Source: Chromatiales bacterium
GTDB lineage: Bacteria > Pseudomonadota > Gammaproteobacteria > JAHELT01
NCBI GenBank assembly: GCA_024644045.1
Contig: JAHELT010000006.1
Span: 2,224-66,223, forward strand
DNA: 64,000 nt
Direction of reading: 5' to 3'
Below are positions 28,766-38,310 of this stretch, one piece after another. A program made the translations under genes and the position numbers. The notes beneath the pieces are model-generated. The model was not told the DNA's origin. It saw only the letters and a list, made by a program, of their open reading frames with translations, and searched no databases. Positions within the stretch are counted from its first letter, which is position 1. Each line of letters opens with the position of its first letter.

Positions 28766-29713
28766 CTAGAAGGTGTAGGCGAACGTGAGCAGATTCGCGG
28801 CCGAGCCACCGTGACGCAACGCCGTGAGGCCCGCCAGGAAGTTGCTCCAGAAGTGAATGGCCACGCCCTCGCCGATGGCGTAGGCGTTGTGCTGCTGCAG
28901 CAGGCCGACGTAGGCGCCGAACACCCCGGCAGTCAGCGCATCGGCCTGGTTCCCCTGGCCGATATGCCCCAGCGCGAACAACCCTGACGAGAGCGCCAGA
29001 CCGCCCCAGCGCCCGTACTGGTGGCTGAAGTGATTGTTCAGGAAACCGCGGAAAAACGCCTCCTCGGTAACCGCCGGGCCCATGCCGATGCCGAGCGTGT
29101 AGAACAGGCGCAGCTCTGTCTCGTTCACGTCATCGGCGTAACGGATTTCATACAGGCCGTCGTCGGTGTCGCCGGCGTCGGTCTGGGCGAGCACGACGCC
29201 CGCGAGCAGCAGGGGAATGAACGTGGTCGGGCGGCGCAGGTACTCGAGTTGAAACGGCGCCAGCGCCAGGTCGCCCAGCTCTTCGTGCGGTGCCGGCGTG
29301 CTGTAGCCCTCGTTGTCGCGTGCGGCACGGGCGTCGCGGTAAGCCGCGTACCCCGAGTAGAGCGCGATGTCGGTTGCCGCCAGGCTAAAAATGTCGGCCC
29401 GCAAGGTGGTTTCATTGTAAAACAGGATCTCGCGGTCGTCGTCGAACTTCTGGTCGGAGTCGAGGAAATCGTCGCGGTTGCGGTAGTGCACCGCGGCCAG
29501 CACGGACGCCGTGAATGCCCCCAGGTACGCGGCACCTTCACCCTTTCTGGATTGCAGAAACTGCCCGCTGCCCGGCACTACCAGGCTTGCCACGCCCTGC
29601 CCTTCCGGGCGGTCGAACAGGCCTTCCGCCGCTGCCGGCCACGGCGTCGGCAGGAGCAGGGCCGCGGCGATCAGGCGCGCGCGGAACGCCGCGCCTGCTC
29701 CGTTGCGCCGCAC
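28766..29713 (-). CDS. CPBP family intramembrane glutamic endopeptidase (CAAX protease/Abi family)
   Basis: It has the motifs TEEAFFRGFL and LFALGHIG. The start was set at GTG 29713 (MRRNGAGAAFRARLIAAALLLPTPWPAAA, signal-like). The ORF-track start at 29791 would overlap the upstream amidohydrolase gene. Confidence 0.75.
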   Translation of the reverse strand: MRRNGAGAAFRARLIAAALLLPTPWPAAAEGLFDRPEGQGVASLVVPGSGQFLQSRKGEGAAYLGAFTASVLAAVHYRNRDDFLDSDQKFDDDREILFYNETTLRADIFSLAATDIALYSGYAAYRDARAARDNEGYSTPAPHEELGDLALAPFQLEYLRRPTTFIPLLLAGVVLAQTDAGDTDDGLYEIRYADDVNETELRLFYTLGIGMGPAVTEEAFFRGFLNNHFSHQYGRWGGLALSSGLFALGHIGQGNQADALTAGVFGAYVGLLQQHNAYAIGEGVAIHFWSNFLAGLTALRHGGSAANLLTFAYTF

Positions 29714-29741
29714 GCTGGCGGGCGCGGGACGCGGGCCTGCT

Positions 29742-30947
29742 TCAGTTCGCGTCACACAGGTAGTCGTAAGCAACCGCCGCGTGCAGCGCAATGCCCGGCG
29801 CCATCGCCGCCTCGTCGAGCAGCATGCGGTTGGAATGACAGGGCGGCGCCGTCACCGGATCCACGCCCTCGGGTGCCACCCCCAGAAACGCCATTGCACC
29901 CGGCATGCGTTGCAGCACCAGCGAAAAATCCTCCGCACCCATCAGCGGCTCCGGCATGTCGTGATAGGCATCGTCACCCAGCAGCCTGCCGGTCGTACGG
30001 CGCACGAACTCGACGAATTGCGCGTCGTTGTAGGTGGCCGGATAACCGATCTCGATGACCACCTCGGCCTGCATGTCGTAAGCGGCGGCGAGCTGCGTCG
30101 CCAGGCGGCGGATCCCCGCGTGTGCGGCGCTGCGCGCCGAATCGGAAAACGACCGCACGGTGGCCTGCAGCGACGCGTGTTCGGGTATGACGTTGCTCAC
30201 CGTGCCCGCAGCGATCGTGCCTACCGTGAGCACAACCGGGTCGAAAGGCCGGAAGCGGCGGGTCACGAAAGTCTGAAAAGCCTGCACCAGCTCGCACAAT
30301 ACCGGCACCGGATCGTTTGCATCGTACGGCATCGAGCCGTGCCCACCGCGTCCCCTGATCGTGACCGACACGGTGTCTGCCGCCGCCAGGAACGCGCCGG
30401 GACGGCAGGCGACGGTCCCGCTCGCGAGATTCGGGTAGATATGCAGTGCGAACGCGGCGTCGGGCTCGGCGTCGCCTTCGAACAGGCCCTCCTCCAGCAT
30501 CGGCTGCGCGCCGCCCGGTCCTTCCTCCCCGGGCTGGAACATGAAGATCACCTTGCCACGCAGTTGCGCGCGCCGTGCGCTCAGGAGCTTCGCGGCGGTG
30601 GCCAGCATGGCGGTGTGTGAATCGTGCCCGCAGGCGTGCATGCGGCCGTCGATCTCGGAGGCGAAGTCGAGCTCGGTGTTCTCCGGCATCGGCAGCGCAT
30701 CCATGTCGCCGCGCAACAGAATGCTGCGGCCGGGCGCGCCGCCCGCAAGCAAGGCGACGACGCCGCTGGTCGATTGCGACAGCCGTACGTCCAGATTCAG
30801 GGGCGCCAGCGCCGCGAGCACCGCAGCCCGGGTTCTCGGCAGGTCGTTGCCGAGTTCGGGGTGGCGGTGAATCGCGCGGCGCAGGGTAACGGCGCGAGGG
30901 AGCAGCGATTCGGCCTCGGCCAGCAAAGCCGCGTGAACATCGGACAT
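29742..30947 (-). CDS. M20 family amidohydrolase (hippurate hydrolase / N-acyl-amino-acid amidohydrolase type)
   Basis: The start was set at MSDVHAALLAEAE (ATG 30947). Motifs are IHRHPELG, DALPM and HACGHDSH. Confidence 0.85.
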   Translation of the reverse strand: MSDVHAALLAEAESLLPRAVTLRRAIHRHPELGNDLPRTRAAVLAALAPLNLDVRLSQSTSGVVALLAGGAPGRSILLRGDMDALPMPENTELDFASEIDGRMHACGHDSHTAMLATAAKLLSARRAQLRGKVIFMFQPGEEGPGGAQPMLEEGLFEGDAEPDAAFALHIYPNLASGTVACRPGAFLAAADTVSVTIRGRGGHGSMPYDANDPVPVLCELVQAFQTFVTRRFRPFDPVVLTVGTIAAGTVSNVIPEHASLQATVRSFSDSARSAAHAGIRRLATQLAAAYDMQAEVVIEIGYPATYNDAQFVEFVRRTTGRLLGDDAYHDMPEPLMGAEDFSLVLQRMPGAMAFLGVAPEGVDPVTAPPCHSNRMLLDEAAMAPGIALHAAVAYDYLCDAN

Positions 30948-31093
30948 CGGTGCGCATCCGGGTTGGTTCGGGCGACTATAGCGAGCGGCCGTCGAGCGAA
31001 CAACCGGCCGACGTCCCCGGGCGCGATTGCGGTGACGCACCGGTGGGGCCGATAATCGCCTGACCCTCATGCGTCCCGTCACGGAGCCGCCCG

Positions 31094-32137
31094 ATGAGCG
31101 AAACCGGTCAACGCATCGTGCTCGCAGCAAGGCCGCAGGCACGCGCCGGCACCGAGCATTTCCGCCTCGAGACCTTCCCGGTGGCATCGCCCGGTGACGG
31201 CGAGATACTGGTGCGCGTCATCTACCTGTCCGTGGACCCGTACATGCGCGGCCTGCTGGACGCAGCCAGGTCCTACCGGCCTCCGGTCGCGGTCGGCGCG
31301 GTCATGCAGGGCGGTTGCGTCGGGCAGGTACTCGAATCGCGTAACCCCGGATTCTCCGAAGGGGACTTCGTCACCGGCATGTTCGGCTGGGCCAGCCATG
31401 CCACGCACGATGGAGCCGGGGTGCGCAAACTGGATCCCCGCGAGGCGCCACTGTCAACCGCGCTTGGGGTGCTGGGGATGCCGGGGTTTACCGCCTATAT
31501 CGGCTTGCTGGAGATCGCCGGCGCGCAGCGTGGAGAAACGCTGGTCGTGTCTGCAGCCACCGGCGCCGTGGGATCGATGGCGGCACAGCTGGGCCGGCTG
31601 AACGGCCTGCACGTGATCGGGGTCGCCGGCGGCGCAAAGAAGTGCGCCTTCGCGACTCGGGAACTGGGGCTCGACGCGTGCCTGGATCGCCGCACCGCGA
31701 ACCTGGGCGAACGGCTCGCCGAGGCCTGCCCCGACGGTGTCGACATCTACTACGAAAACGTGGGTGGCGACACCCTGCACGCGGTACTGCCGCTGATGAA
31801 CGTCGGCGCACGCATTCCGGTTTGCGGGATGATCGCCTGGTATGACGCCGGCGCGCCCGGGCAAGACCACACCGAGGGCCCCGACCGGTTGCCGCGCGTG
31901 TGGCGCACCATTCTCGTGCAGCGCCTGCAGGTGCGCGGGTTCATTATCACCGATCACTACGATCGCTTCGGTGCATTCATCGAGGCCGTGGCGGCACCCG
32001 TGAAGAGCGGCCGCATCAGGTACCACGAAACGATCGACTCCGGCCTGGCGCGCGCGCCGCAGGCATTGCTGTCGCTGCTCCACGGCGACAACCTGGGCAA
32101 GCAGCTCGTGCAGATCAGCACGGATCCCACACGGTAA
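31094..32137 (+). CDS. NADP-dependent oxidoreductase (medium-chain dehydrogenase, alkenal/one reductase type)
   Basis: 347 aa, with the nucleotide-binding motif VSAATGAVGSMAAQL. Length and layout fit the YncB/CurA-like MDR family. Confidence 0.85.
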   Translation: MSETGQRIVLAARPQARAGTEHFRLETFPVASPGDGEILVRVIYLSVDPYMRGLLDAARSYRPPVAVGAVMQGGCVGQVLESRNPGFSEGDFVTGMFGWASHATHDGAGVRKLDPREAPLSTALGVLGMPGFTAYIGLLEIAGAQRGETLVVSAATGAVGSMAAQLGRLNGLHVIGVAGGAKKCAFATRELGLDACLDRRTANLGERLAEACPDGVDIYYENVGGDTLHAVLPLMNVGARIPVCGMIAWYDAGAPGQDHTEGPDRLPRVWRTILVQRLQVRGFIITDHYDRFGAFIEAVAAPVKSGRIRYHETIDSGLARAPQALLSLLHGDNLGKQLVQISTDPTR

Positions 32138-32229
32138 CTCGGCCGCGGATGCGCCGGTCACACCGCTCTGTATAATGCCGGATTTGCGCGCAATGCGACG
32201 ATCACCGCCAACGATCGGGAGGGGAATGA

Positions 32230-33339
32230 ATGAAAACACGCGCCGCCGTGGCCTTCGAGGCCGGTAAACCGCTTGAAATCATCGATGTGGACCTGCAGGG
32301 CCCCCAGGCCGGCGAGGTGCTGGTCGAGATCAAGGCCACCGGCATCTGTCACACGGACGAGTTCACCCGGTCCGGCGCGGATCCCGAAGGCTTGTTTCCC
32401 GCGGTTCTGGGCCATGAGGGCGCCGGCGTGGTGCTGGAAGTCGGTGACGCGGTGACGTCGGTGCAGCCAGGTGACCACGTGATTCCGCTCTACACGCCGG
32501 AATGCCGGGTGTGTGAGTACTGCCTGAACCCGAAGACCAACCTGTGCCAGGCGATTCGCGCCACGCAGGGCCAGGGGCTGATGCCGGACGGTACCAGCCG
32601 GTTCTCGCACAAGGGGGACCCGCTGTTCCATTACATGGGCACCTCGACGTTTGCCAACCACACCGTGCTGCCGGAAATCGCCGTCGCAAAAGTGCGCAAG
32701 GACGCTCCGTTCGAAACCATCTGCTACATCGGCTGCGGTGTCACCACGGGCATCGGCGCCGTGGTCAACACGGCCAAGGTGGAGCCGGGCTCGAACGTGG
32801 TGGTGTTCGGACTGGGCGGCATCGGCCTCAACGTGATCCAGGGCGCACGCCTGGTGGGCGCCAACATGATCGTCGGCGTCGACACCAATGCGGCAAAAGA
32901 GGACTGGGGCCGTAAATTCGGCATGACGCACTTCGTCAACCCCCGGGAAGTGAGCGGCGATCTGGTCGCCCATCTGGTTGAGCTGACCGGCGGCGGCGCG
33001 GACTACTCCTTCGAGTGCATCGGCAACGTGGATGTGATGCGTACCGCACTGGAGTGCGCGCACAAAGGCTGGGGGGAAAGTATCATCATCGGGGTGGCCG
33101 GCGCCGGGCAGGAAATCTCGACGCGGCCGTTTCAGCTCGTCACAGGACGTTCCTGGCGCGGCACCGCGTTCGGCGGCGCACGCGGGCGCACCGATGTGCC
33201 GAGGATCGTCGACTGGTACATGGACGGCCGCATTCAAATCGATCCGATGATCACGCACAAGCTCGAGCTCGAGAACATCAATCAGGCTTTCGACCTGATG
33301 CACGCCGGCGAGAGTATTCGCTCAGTGGTCGTGTACTGA
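32230..33339 (+). CDS. frmA: S-(hydroxymethyl)glutathione dehydrogenase / class III alcohol dehydrogenase
   Basis: Motifs are [15 protein letters not shown] and the structural zinc motif [15 protein letters not shown]. 369 aa. Confidence 0.9.
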   Translation: MKTRAAVAFEAGKPLEIIDVDLQGPQAGEVLVEIKATGICHTDEFTRSGADPEGLFPAVLGHEGAGVVLEVGDAVTSVQPGDHVIPLYTPECRVCEYCLNPKTNLCQAIRATQGQGLMPDGTSRFSHKGDPLFHYMGTSTFANHTVLPEIAVAKVRKDAPFETICYIGCGVTTGIGAVVNTAKVEPGSNVVVFGLGGIGLNVIQGARLVGANMIVGVDTNAAKEDWGRKFGMTHFVNPREVSGDLVAHLVELTGGGADYSFECIGNVDVMRTALECAHKGWGESIIIGVAGAGQEISTRPFQLVTGRSWRGTAFGGARGRTDVPRIVDWYMDGRIQIDPMITHKLELENINQAFDLMHAGESIRSVVVY

Positions 33340-33386
33340 AGGTATGCACAGCTGCACGCGGTCCATCAGTCGTATCCAGGAACACC

Positions 33387-33941
33387 ATGAGTACAGCTAA
33401 CGAAGCACCGTCCAAACCTGACAACGCCGACGCGCAGTTCAATCTGGCATTGCGCTACCAGGACGGCGACGGTGTGAGTCGTGATTTCGAAAAAGCGGCG
33501 CACTGGTTTACCCGCGCTGCCGGTCAGGGGCACGCGGCGGCGCAGTACAGTCTCGCCCTGATGTACGGCAAGGGCCAGGGCATGGACCTGGATCCGACCA
33601 AGTCGGCGTACTGGAACCGCAAGGCGGCGCAGCGCGGGCACCAGGCCGCTCAGTTCAGTCTTGCCACCTCGTACGAAAAGGGGCTCGGTGTGCCGCAGGA
33701 CCGAAAGATGGCCTACGTGTGGTTCGCGCTCGCCGGGGCCAAAGGGGCGAAACAGACCAGCGCTGCGCGGCCCGCCACCGGTGCGGTTTCCTTCCGCATC
33801 GCACTGTCGGCGCAGAAAGGCTACACGGTTTGCGACAGCAACCGTAATCGGCTGGCCCTGAAGATGTCCGAGACGGAACGTCAGGCGGCAGAGCAGCTCG
33901 CGCAGGAGTATTTCCTCAAGTACGTGATGCCGTTCCGCTAG
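33387..33941 (+). CDS. Sel1-repeat (TPR-like) protein
   Basis: It has repeated AQFNLALRYQDGDGV / AQYSLALMYGKGQG / AQFSLATSYEKGLGV units. The start was set at ATG 33387 (MSTANEAPSK); the ORF-track extension to 33015 overlaps frmA. Confidence 0.75.
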   Translation: MSTANEAPSKPDNADAQFNLALRYQDGDGVSRDFEKAAHWFTRAAGQGHAAAQYSLALMYGKGQGMDLDPTKSAYWNRKAAQRGHQAAQFSLATSYEKGLGVPQDRKMAYVWFALAGAKGAKQTSAARPATGAVSFRIALSAQKGYTVCDSNRNRLALKMSETERQAAEQLAQEYFLKYVMPFR

Positions 33942-33969
33942 CTTTCGTGGCGCCCTCTGGAGAGCCGCA

Positions 33970-34614
33970 ATGATTCTATATGCTATTCCCGTCAGCACCT
34001 ACAGCGCGAAAGTCCGTATCGCCCTGGCCGCGAAGGGTATCGACTACGAGATGGTGCCGCCGCCGGGCGGGTACAGCTCGCCGGAGTACATGAAAATAAT
34101 TCCGCTCGGGAAGATCCCGGGATTCGTGGATGGCGAGCTCGCGATCAGCGAGTCGGAGACCATCATCGAGTACCTCGAGGAGAGGTACCCGCAGGTGCCG
34201 CTGTTGACGGGAAGCGCCGCGCAGCGCGCACGACAGCGGTTCATGACGCGGTTTCACGATCTATGGCTGGAGCCGCACCTGCGCGCTACCTTCGCCCACG
34301 TCGATCCGTCCACCCGCGACGAGGCCGAGCTCAACGCGCACCTGGACGACTACCAGGCCCGGCTGAAGCAGATGGATTCGCTGATTGATCCGCAGCCCTA
34401 CCTGGTCAGCGAAACGCTGAGTATCGCCGACTGCGCGTTCCCGGCAACCTTCACGCTGGCGGACATCCTGTTGCCGTCTTTCGGCCGGGAGAGCACGTAC
34501 GGCCCCCGGCTGAGCGAATGGCGCAAAACCGTATACGCACACCCGGCGGTCAAGCAGGTCACCGACGAGAGCCGTCAGGCAACGCTGGACTGGATGGGCA
34601 GCGGCGGCGGCTGA
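33970..34614 (+). CDS. glutathione S-transferase
   Basis: 214 aa. It has an N-terminal thioredoxin-like GST fold (ILYAIPVSTYSAKVRIAL...KIPGFVDGELAISESETIIEYL) and a C-terminal helical domain. Confidence 0.85.
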   Translation: MILYAIPVSTYSAKVRIALAAKGIDYEMVPPPGGYSSPEYMKIIPLGKIPGFVDGELAISESETIIEYLEERYPQVPLLTGSAAQRARQRFMTRFHDLWLEPHLRATFAHVDPSTRDEAELNAHLDDYQARLKQMDSLIDPQPYLVSETLSIADCAFPATFTLADILLPSFGRESTYGPRLSEWRKTVYAHPAVKQVTDESRQATLDWMGSGGG

Positions 34615-34696
34615 CGGCATCAAAACCACGCCGTACTGGTGGGATGACGTACCGTCGCCGTGCACTGTCGCACGGCAGCCGCCGTCGCGTGCCGAT

Positions 34697-35881
34697 GTGC
34701 TGGTGGTCGGCGCCGGCTACACCGGCCTGCACGCGGCGCTGCGCACGGTGCGCGCGGGGCGGCATACGGTCGTCGTCGACAGCGAGGCGGCAGGCTGGGG
34801 CTGCAGCACACGTAACGGCGGTCAGATCGGCACCAGCGTCAAACCGTCGTTCGCCGAGCTGACGAAGCGTCACGGCAGGCAAACCGCCCGGCACATCCTG
34901 CGCGACGGACACGGCGCGCTGGCGTGGCTGGGCGAATTCATCGCCTGTGAGAACATCGATTGCGATTTCGCCACGGTCGGCCGGTTCCACGCCGCCCACC
35001 ACCCGCGTCAATTCGAAGCGCTGGCGCGCAGCGTCGAAGCGCCGCCGCCGGAGTTCCGAGCCGACGCCTATGTGGTCCCGCGCGCCGAGCAACGCGCGGA
35101 GCTCGGCACCGATGCGTACTACGGCGGGGTCGTCTACCCCCGGCACGCGGCACTTCACCCGGCGCGCTACCACCGGGGATTACTGCAGCGTGTCGAACAG
35201 GCCGGCGCCGAGGTTATCGGACATTGCCCCGCCACCGGCATCAACCGCGACGGTGACGGGGTCATCGTGCGCACGGCGCACGGCGATGTGCGCGCGCGCG
35301 ATCTCATAATCGCCACCAACGGCTACACCGGAACGCTGACACCGTGGCAGCGCCGGCGGGTGATTCCGATCGGGAGCTACGTAATCGCTACCGGACCTCT
35401 TCCGCATGAGCTGATGCAGCGCCTGATGCCCAAAGGTCGCGTGGTCAGCGACACACGTAAAGTCGTCTACTATTACCGGCCGTCGCCGGACGGGCGACGA
35501 ATCGTGTTCGGCGGCCGCGTGTCGCATCAGGAAATCGATCCATCGAAAAGCGCGCCGAGGCTGCGGGCCGAGCTGGTCCGGTTGTTTCCGGAGCTGGCCG
35601 ATCAACCGCTCAGCCATTCGTGGATGGGATTTGTGGCCTACACGTTCGACACGCTGCCACACATCGGTAAGCACGCCGGAGTGTACTACGCCATGGGCTA
35701 TTGCGGTTCCGGTGTCGCCATGGCCAGCTACCTGGGAATGCGGGTCGGAGAGAAGCTGCTCGGCTCCACCGCCGGCTCCACCGGTTTCGACGGCGTCACG
35801 TTTCAGACACGACCGCTCTACGCGGGCAACCCGTGGTTCCTGGCGCCATCGGTTGCGTACTACCGCTGGCGGGATGGTTAG
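34697..35881 (+). CDS. FAD-dependent oxidoreductase (DAO family, PuuB/OrdL-like)
   Basis: It has the dinucleotide fold VLVVGAGYTGLHAAL and WGCSTRNGGQ. The coordinates use the GTG start from the ORF track. The frame stays open upstream and encodes a family-typical N-terminus without a canonical start (see findings). Confidence 0.85.
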   Translation: MLVVGAGYTGLHAALRTVRAGRHTVVVDSEAAGWGCSTRNGGQIGTSVKPSFAELTKRHGRQTARHILRDGHGALAWLGEFIACENIDCDFATVGRFHAAHHPRQFEALARSVEAPPPEFRADAYVVPRAEQRAELGTDAYYGGVVYPRHAALHPARYHRGLLQRVEQAGAEVIGHCPATGINRDGDGVIVRTAHGDVRARDLIIATNGYTGTLTPWQRRRVIPIGSYVIATGPLPHELMQRLMPKGRVVSDTRKVVYYYRPSPDGRRIVFGGRVSHQEIDPSKSAPRLRAELVRLFPELADQPLSHSWMGFVAYTFDTLPHIGKHAGVYYAMGYCGSGVAMASYLGMRVGEKLLGSTAGSTGFDGVTFQTRPLYAGNPWFLAPSVAYYRWRDG

Positions 35882-35896
35882 CCTGCGCGGCGCACG

Positions 35897-36721
35897 TCAG
35901 CCGGCGTCGTTGAGTCGCCAGTCGTATCGGTCGTCGTCGATCCGTGTGGCGCCGCTCAGTTTCTCCGCCAGCGCGCCGGTGGCATAACGTTTGAGATGCT
36001 CAATCACACCGCGGTCGGTGTCACCGAAGTCTTCCTTGAACCATGCATAGATACTCGACACCACCAGCTTGTTGGTTTCGAACGTGGCACCGCGTTCATG
36101 GTTGACGAAATCCCGTGCCGCCGTCTCGAGCATGCGTCCCGCGGCATCCGCGGTGAACGCCCTGGCCTGCAGATTCGGACAGCCTATCGCGGCGCAGTTC
36201 ACGGCGTAGTGAATGCGCGGATCGCGCCAGATCGGACGCAGGATCCGGTGCTCGATATCGTCCAGCGTGAGCGCCTCGGACTCCACCCGCACCAGTTCTT
36301 TGCCCCACGGGCCGGCGGAGAAGAAGCCGGACTTTATGTCGCGGATGCTGGTCACCGGATAATGGTCGAGCACCACCTTGACGGTCGCGGCGTTGTAGAG
36401 ATTGATCCAGTACGCGAGCTGCTGGGCGCGGTTCAGCTCACTGACCGAAACCGCCTCGAGCGAGGCGATGTAATCTGACAGTGCTGCCAGGTCCGCGTCA
36501 CTGACTGCCGCATAGGCGAGGCGATTGATTCCGTTTTCGTCTCGGCGCACATACCTCGCCAGAAAAGCGTCCCAGGGCGTGTGATCGACGGTTGCCGCCG
36601 ACGTTGCGTCGTGCGCGCTCCATCGTTCCCACAGCTTTGCGGCCGGCGCGGCGAGCGCCGGCTGGGTCAGCATCTGGCACAGCACCAGCGCGGAAACGGC
36701 GGCTACACGCAGAAATCGCAT
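35897..36721 (-). CDS. DUF547 domain protein, secreted
   Basis: The signal peptide is MRFLRVAAVSALVLCQMLTQPALA (start ATG 36721). The DUF547 core is AYWINLYNAATVKVVLDHYP...HYAVNCAAIGCPNL. Confidence 0.8.
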   Translation of the reverse strand: MRFLRVAAVSALVLCQMLTQPALAAPAAKLWERWSAHDATSAATVDHTPWDAFLARYVRRDENGINRLAYAAVSDADLAALSDYIASLEAVSVSELNRAQQLAYWINLYNAATVKVVLDHYPVTSIRDIKSGFFSAGPWGKELVRVESEALTLDDIEHRILRPIWRDPRIHYAVNCAAIGCPNLQARAFTADAAGRMLETAARDFVNHERGATFETNKLVVSSIYAWFKEDFGDTDRGVIEHLKRYATGALAEKLSGATRIDDDRYDWRLNDAG

Positions 36722-36878
36722 TGCATTGAACTCGACACCCGGTGACATCCATAGACCGGCGCGTGCCGGTACAGTTCACCCTACCACCGCACGGTCATTC
36801 GTTGTAATGTGCCTGAAAACAACAGGTAACGCATGGGGTCGGGCAGCATCGTTGGTGCGAAGCTTGCAGGTTGGCGGT

Positions 36879-38300
36879 ATGAAGCGGATAACCGGTTTGC
36901 TCATTACGGCCCTGGCAGCCAGCGTTCCCCCGGGCGATGCCGCCCAGGCACCCGACCCGATCAGCCTGCAGCGCTACCTGCAGCTGGTCGTGCAGCTCAG
37001 CGACCAGGTGCGCGATATCGATGACGATCTGGTCAACCGGCAGCTGGACGTGGATCTCGCCGAACTGGCGTTCGAGACGCGCGTGACGCCGCTGGTCAAC
37101 TTCAGCGTCGGCGCCGCCTCGGACTCGCGCAGCGTCGGTGTCGAGGCGCTGCGCAAGAACGAGTTCGGCACCGAAATCGGTATGGGCCTGGAAAGCCGGG
37201 AAGTTTCTTCCGACACCTTTGCCGTGGTCAATCCGTTCAATACGCGCGCGTTCGTGCGCGTCTCGCAGGGACTGCTGCGCAGCTGGGGTCGATCCTACAA
37301 CCGCTTCGGGCTGACGGTCGCCGAGCTGGAAAGCGAGAAACAGGCGCTCGATGCCCAGCGCCGGCGGCAGGATCTGGTGCTCGAGGCGGTGCAACGCTAC
37401 CACGCCTCGCTGCTCGCGGAGCTGCTGGTGGAACGCTCCGCCCAGGCGCTGGAGCGGGCCGAACGGCATGCCGAAGCGGCGCAGGCCCGCCACCGTGCCG
37501 GGCTGACCTCGAAAGTCGACGTCTACCGTGCCGAGCTGGCCAGGCTCGCCGCGCAGAACGCTTTCAAAGATCAGCAACGCACCACCGCGCGCGAGCGCGA
37601 GCGCATGGACGAGCTGATGGCGCTGGACGAAGTCGGCCGCTATCAGCCGGCGCTGGACATACAGCGCTGGACGCCGTTGATTCCCGAAGACTGGCAGGAG
37701 AACGTGCTCAATACGCGCGTCGACTGGCAGATGCACCTGCTCGATACGCAGATTGCCGAGCTGCGTACCTTTCATGCGCAACGCAACCTGAGCGCGGATC
37801 TGTCGCTGAGCGTGCAGCTCGAACAGGAAGGCTTCGGTGACACCTACAGCGATTCGACGCAGCTCGATGAGACAGAATGGTCGCTGCTGCTGCAGTACAA
37901 AACTGCGCTGCAACGCGGCGAGGAACAGAACACACTGCAACGTCAACGCCGTAGCCGGGTTCGCGTGGCACGTACCGGACGCGCCCTGAAGCGGCAGATT
38001 CAGCGCGAAGCGCGCGAGATCCTGGCCGACCTGTCAGCCGGTGAGCGTCGCTATCAGATCGGTTTGCAGCAGCTGGCTCAGGCGGAGCAGGCGCTGCAAC
38101 TCGCCGAGATCCGGTTTGCCCGCGGGCTGTCGAGCAATGCCGACGTGCTGGACAGTGAGGCGGCGTTTTCCAGCGCGGAGCTGGACGTCGTCAGCAGTTT
38201 GATCGCCTACAACAATACCGTCGCCCGGGTCGGACACGTTTTCGGTCTGCTGGACGAGAACTGGCTGCGAGCGGCGATCGTCGTGCCGGACGCCCGGTGA
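36879..38300 (+). CDS. TolC-family outer membrane efflux protein
   Basis: The start was set at MKRITGLLITALAASVPPGDAA (signal-like, ATG 36879). Two tandem coiled-coil/beta halves are typical of TolC/OEP. It is first in a four-gene efflux cluster. Confidence 0.8.
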   Translation: MKRITGLLITALAASVPPGDAAQAPDPISLQRYLQLVVQLSDQVRDIDDDLVNRQLDVDLAELAFETRVTPLVNFSVGAASDSRSVGVEALRKNEFGTEIGMGLESREVSSDTFAVVNPFNTRAFVRVSQGLLRSWGRSYNRFGLTVAELESEKQALDAQRRRQDLVLEAVQRYHASLLAELLVERSAQALERAERHAEAAQARHRAGLTSKVDVYRAELARLAAQNAFKDQQRTTARERERMDELMALDEVGRYQPALDIQRWTPLIPEDWQENVLNTRVDWQMHLLDTQIAELRTFHAQRNLSADLSLSVQLEQEGFGDTYSDSTQLDETEWSLLLQYKTALQRGEEQNTLQRQRRSRVRVARTGRALKRQIQREAREILADLSAGERRYQIGLQQLAQAEQALQLAEIRFARGLSSNADVLDSEAAFSSAELDVVSSLIAYNNTVARVGHVFGLLDENWLRAAIVVPDAR

Positions 38301-38310
38301 GCTGACGGCC

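Noticed and set aside
32169-32176. tgtataat upstream of frmA as a possible extended -10 promoter
   Set aside because: The TATAAT hexamer is perfect, but no acceptable -35 lies at 16-18-nt spacing and the TG is directly adjacent rather than at the TGn position. That is too weak to call as a feature.
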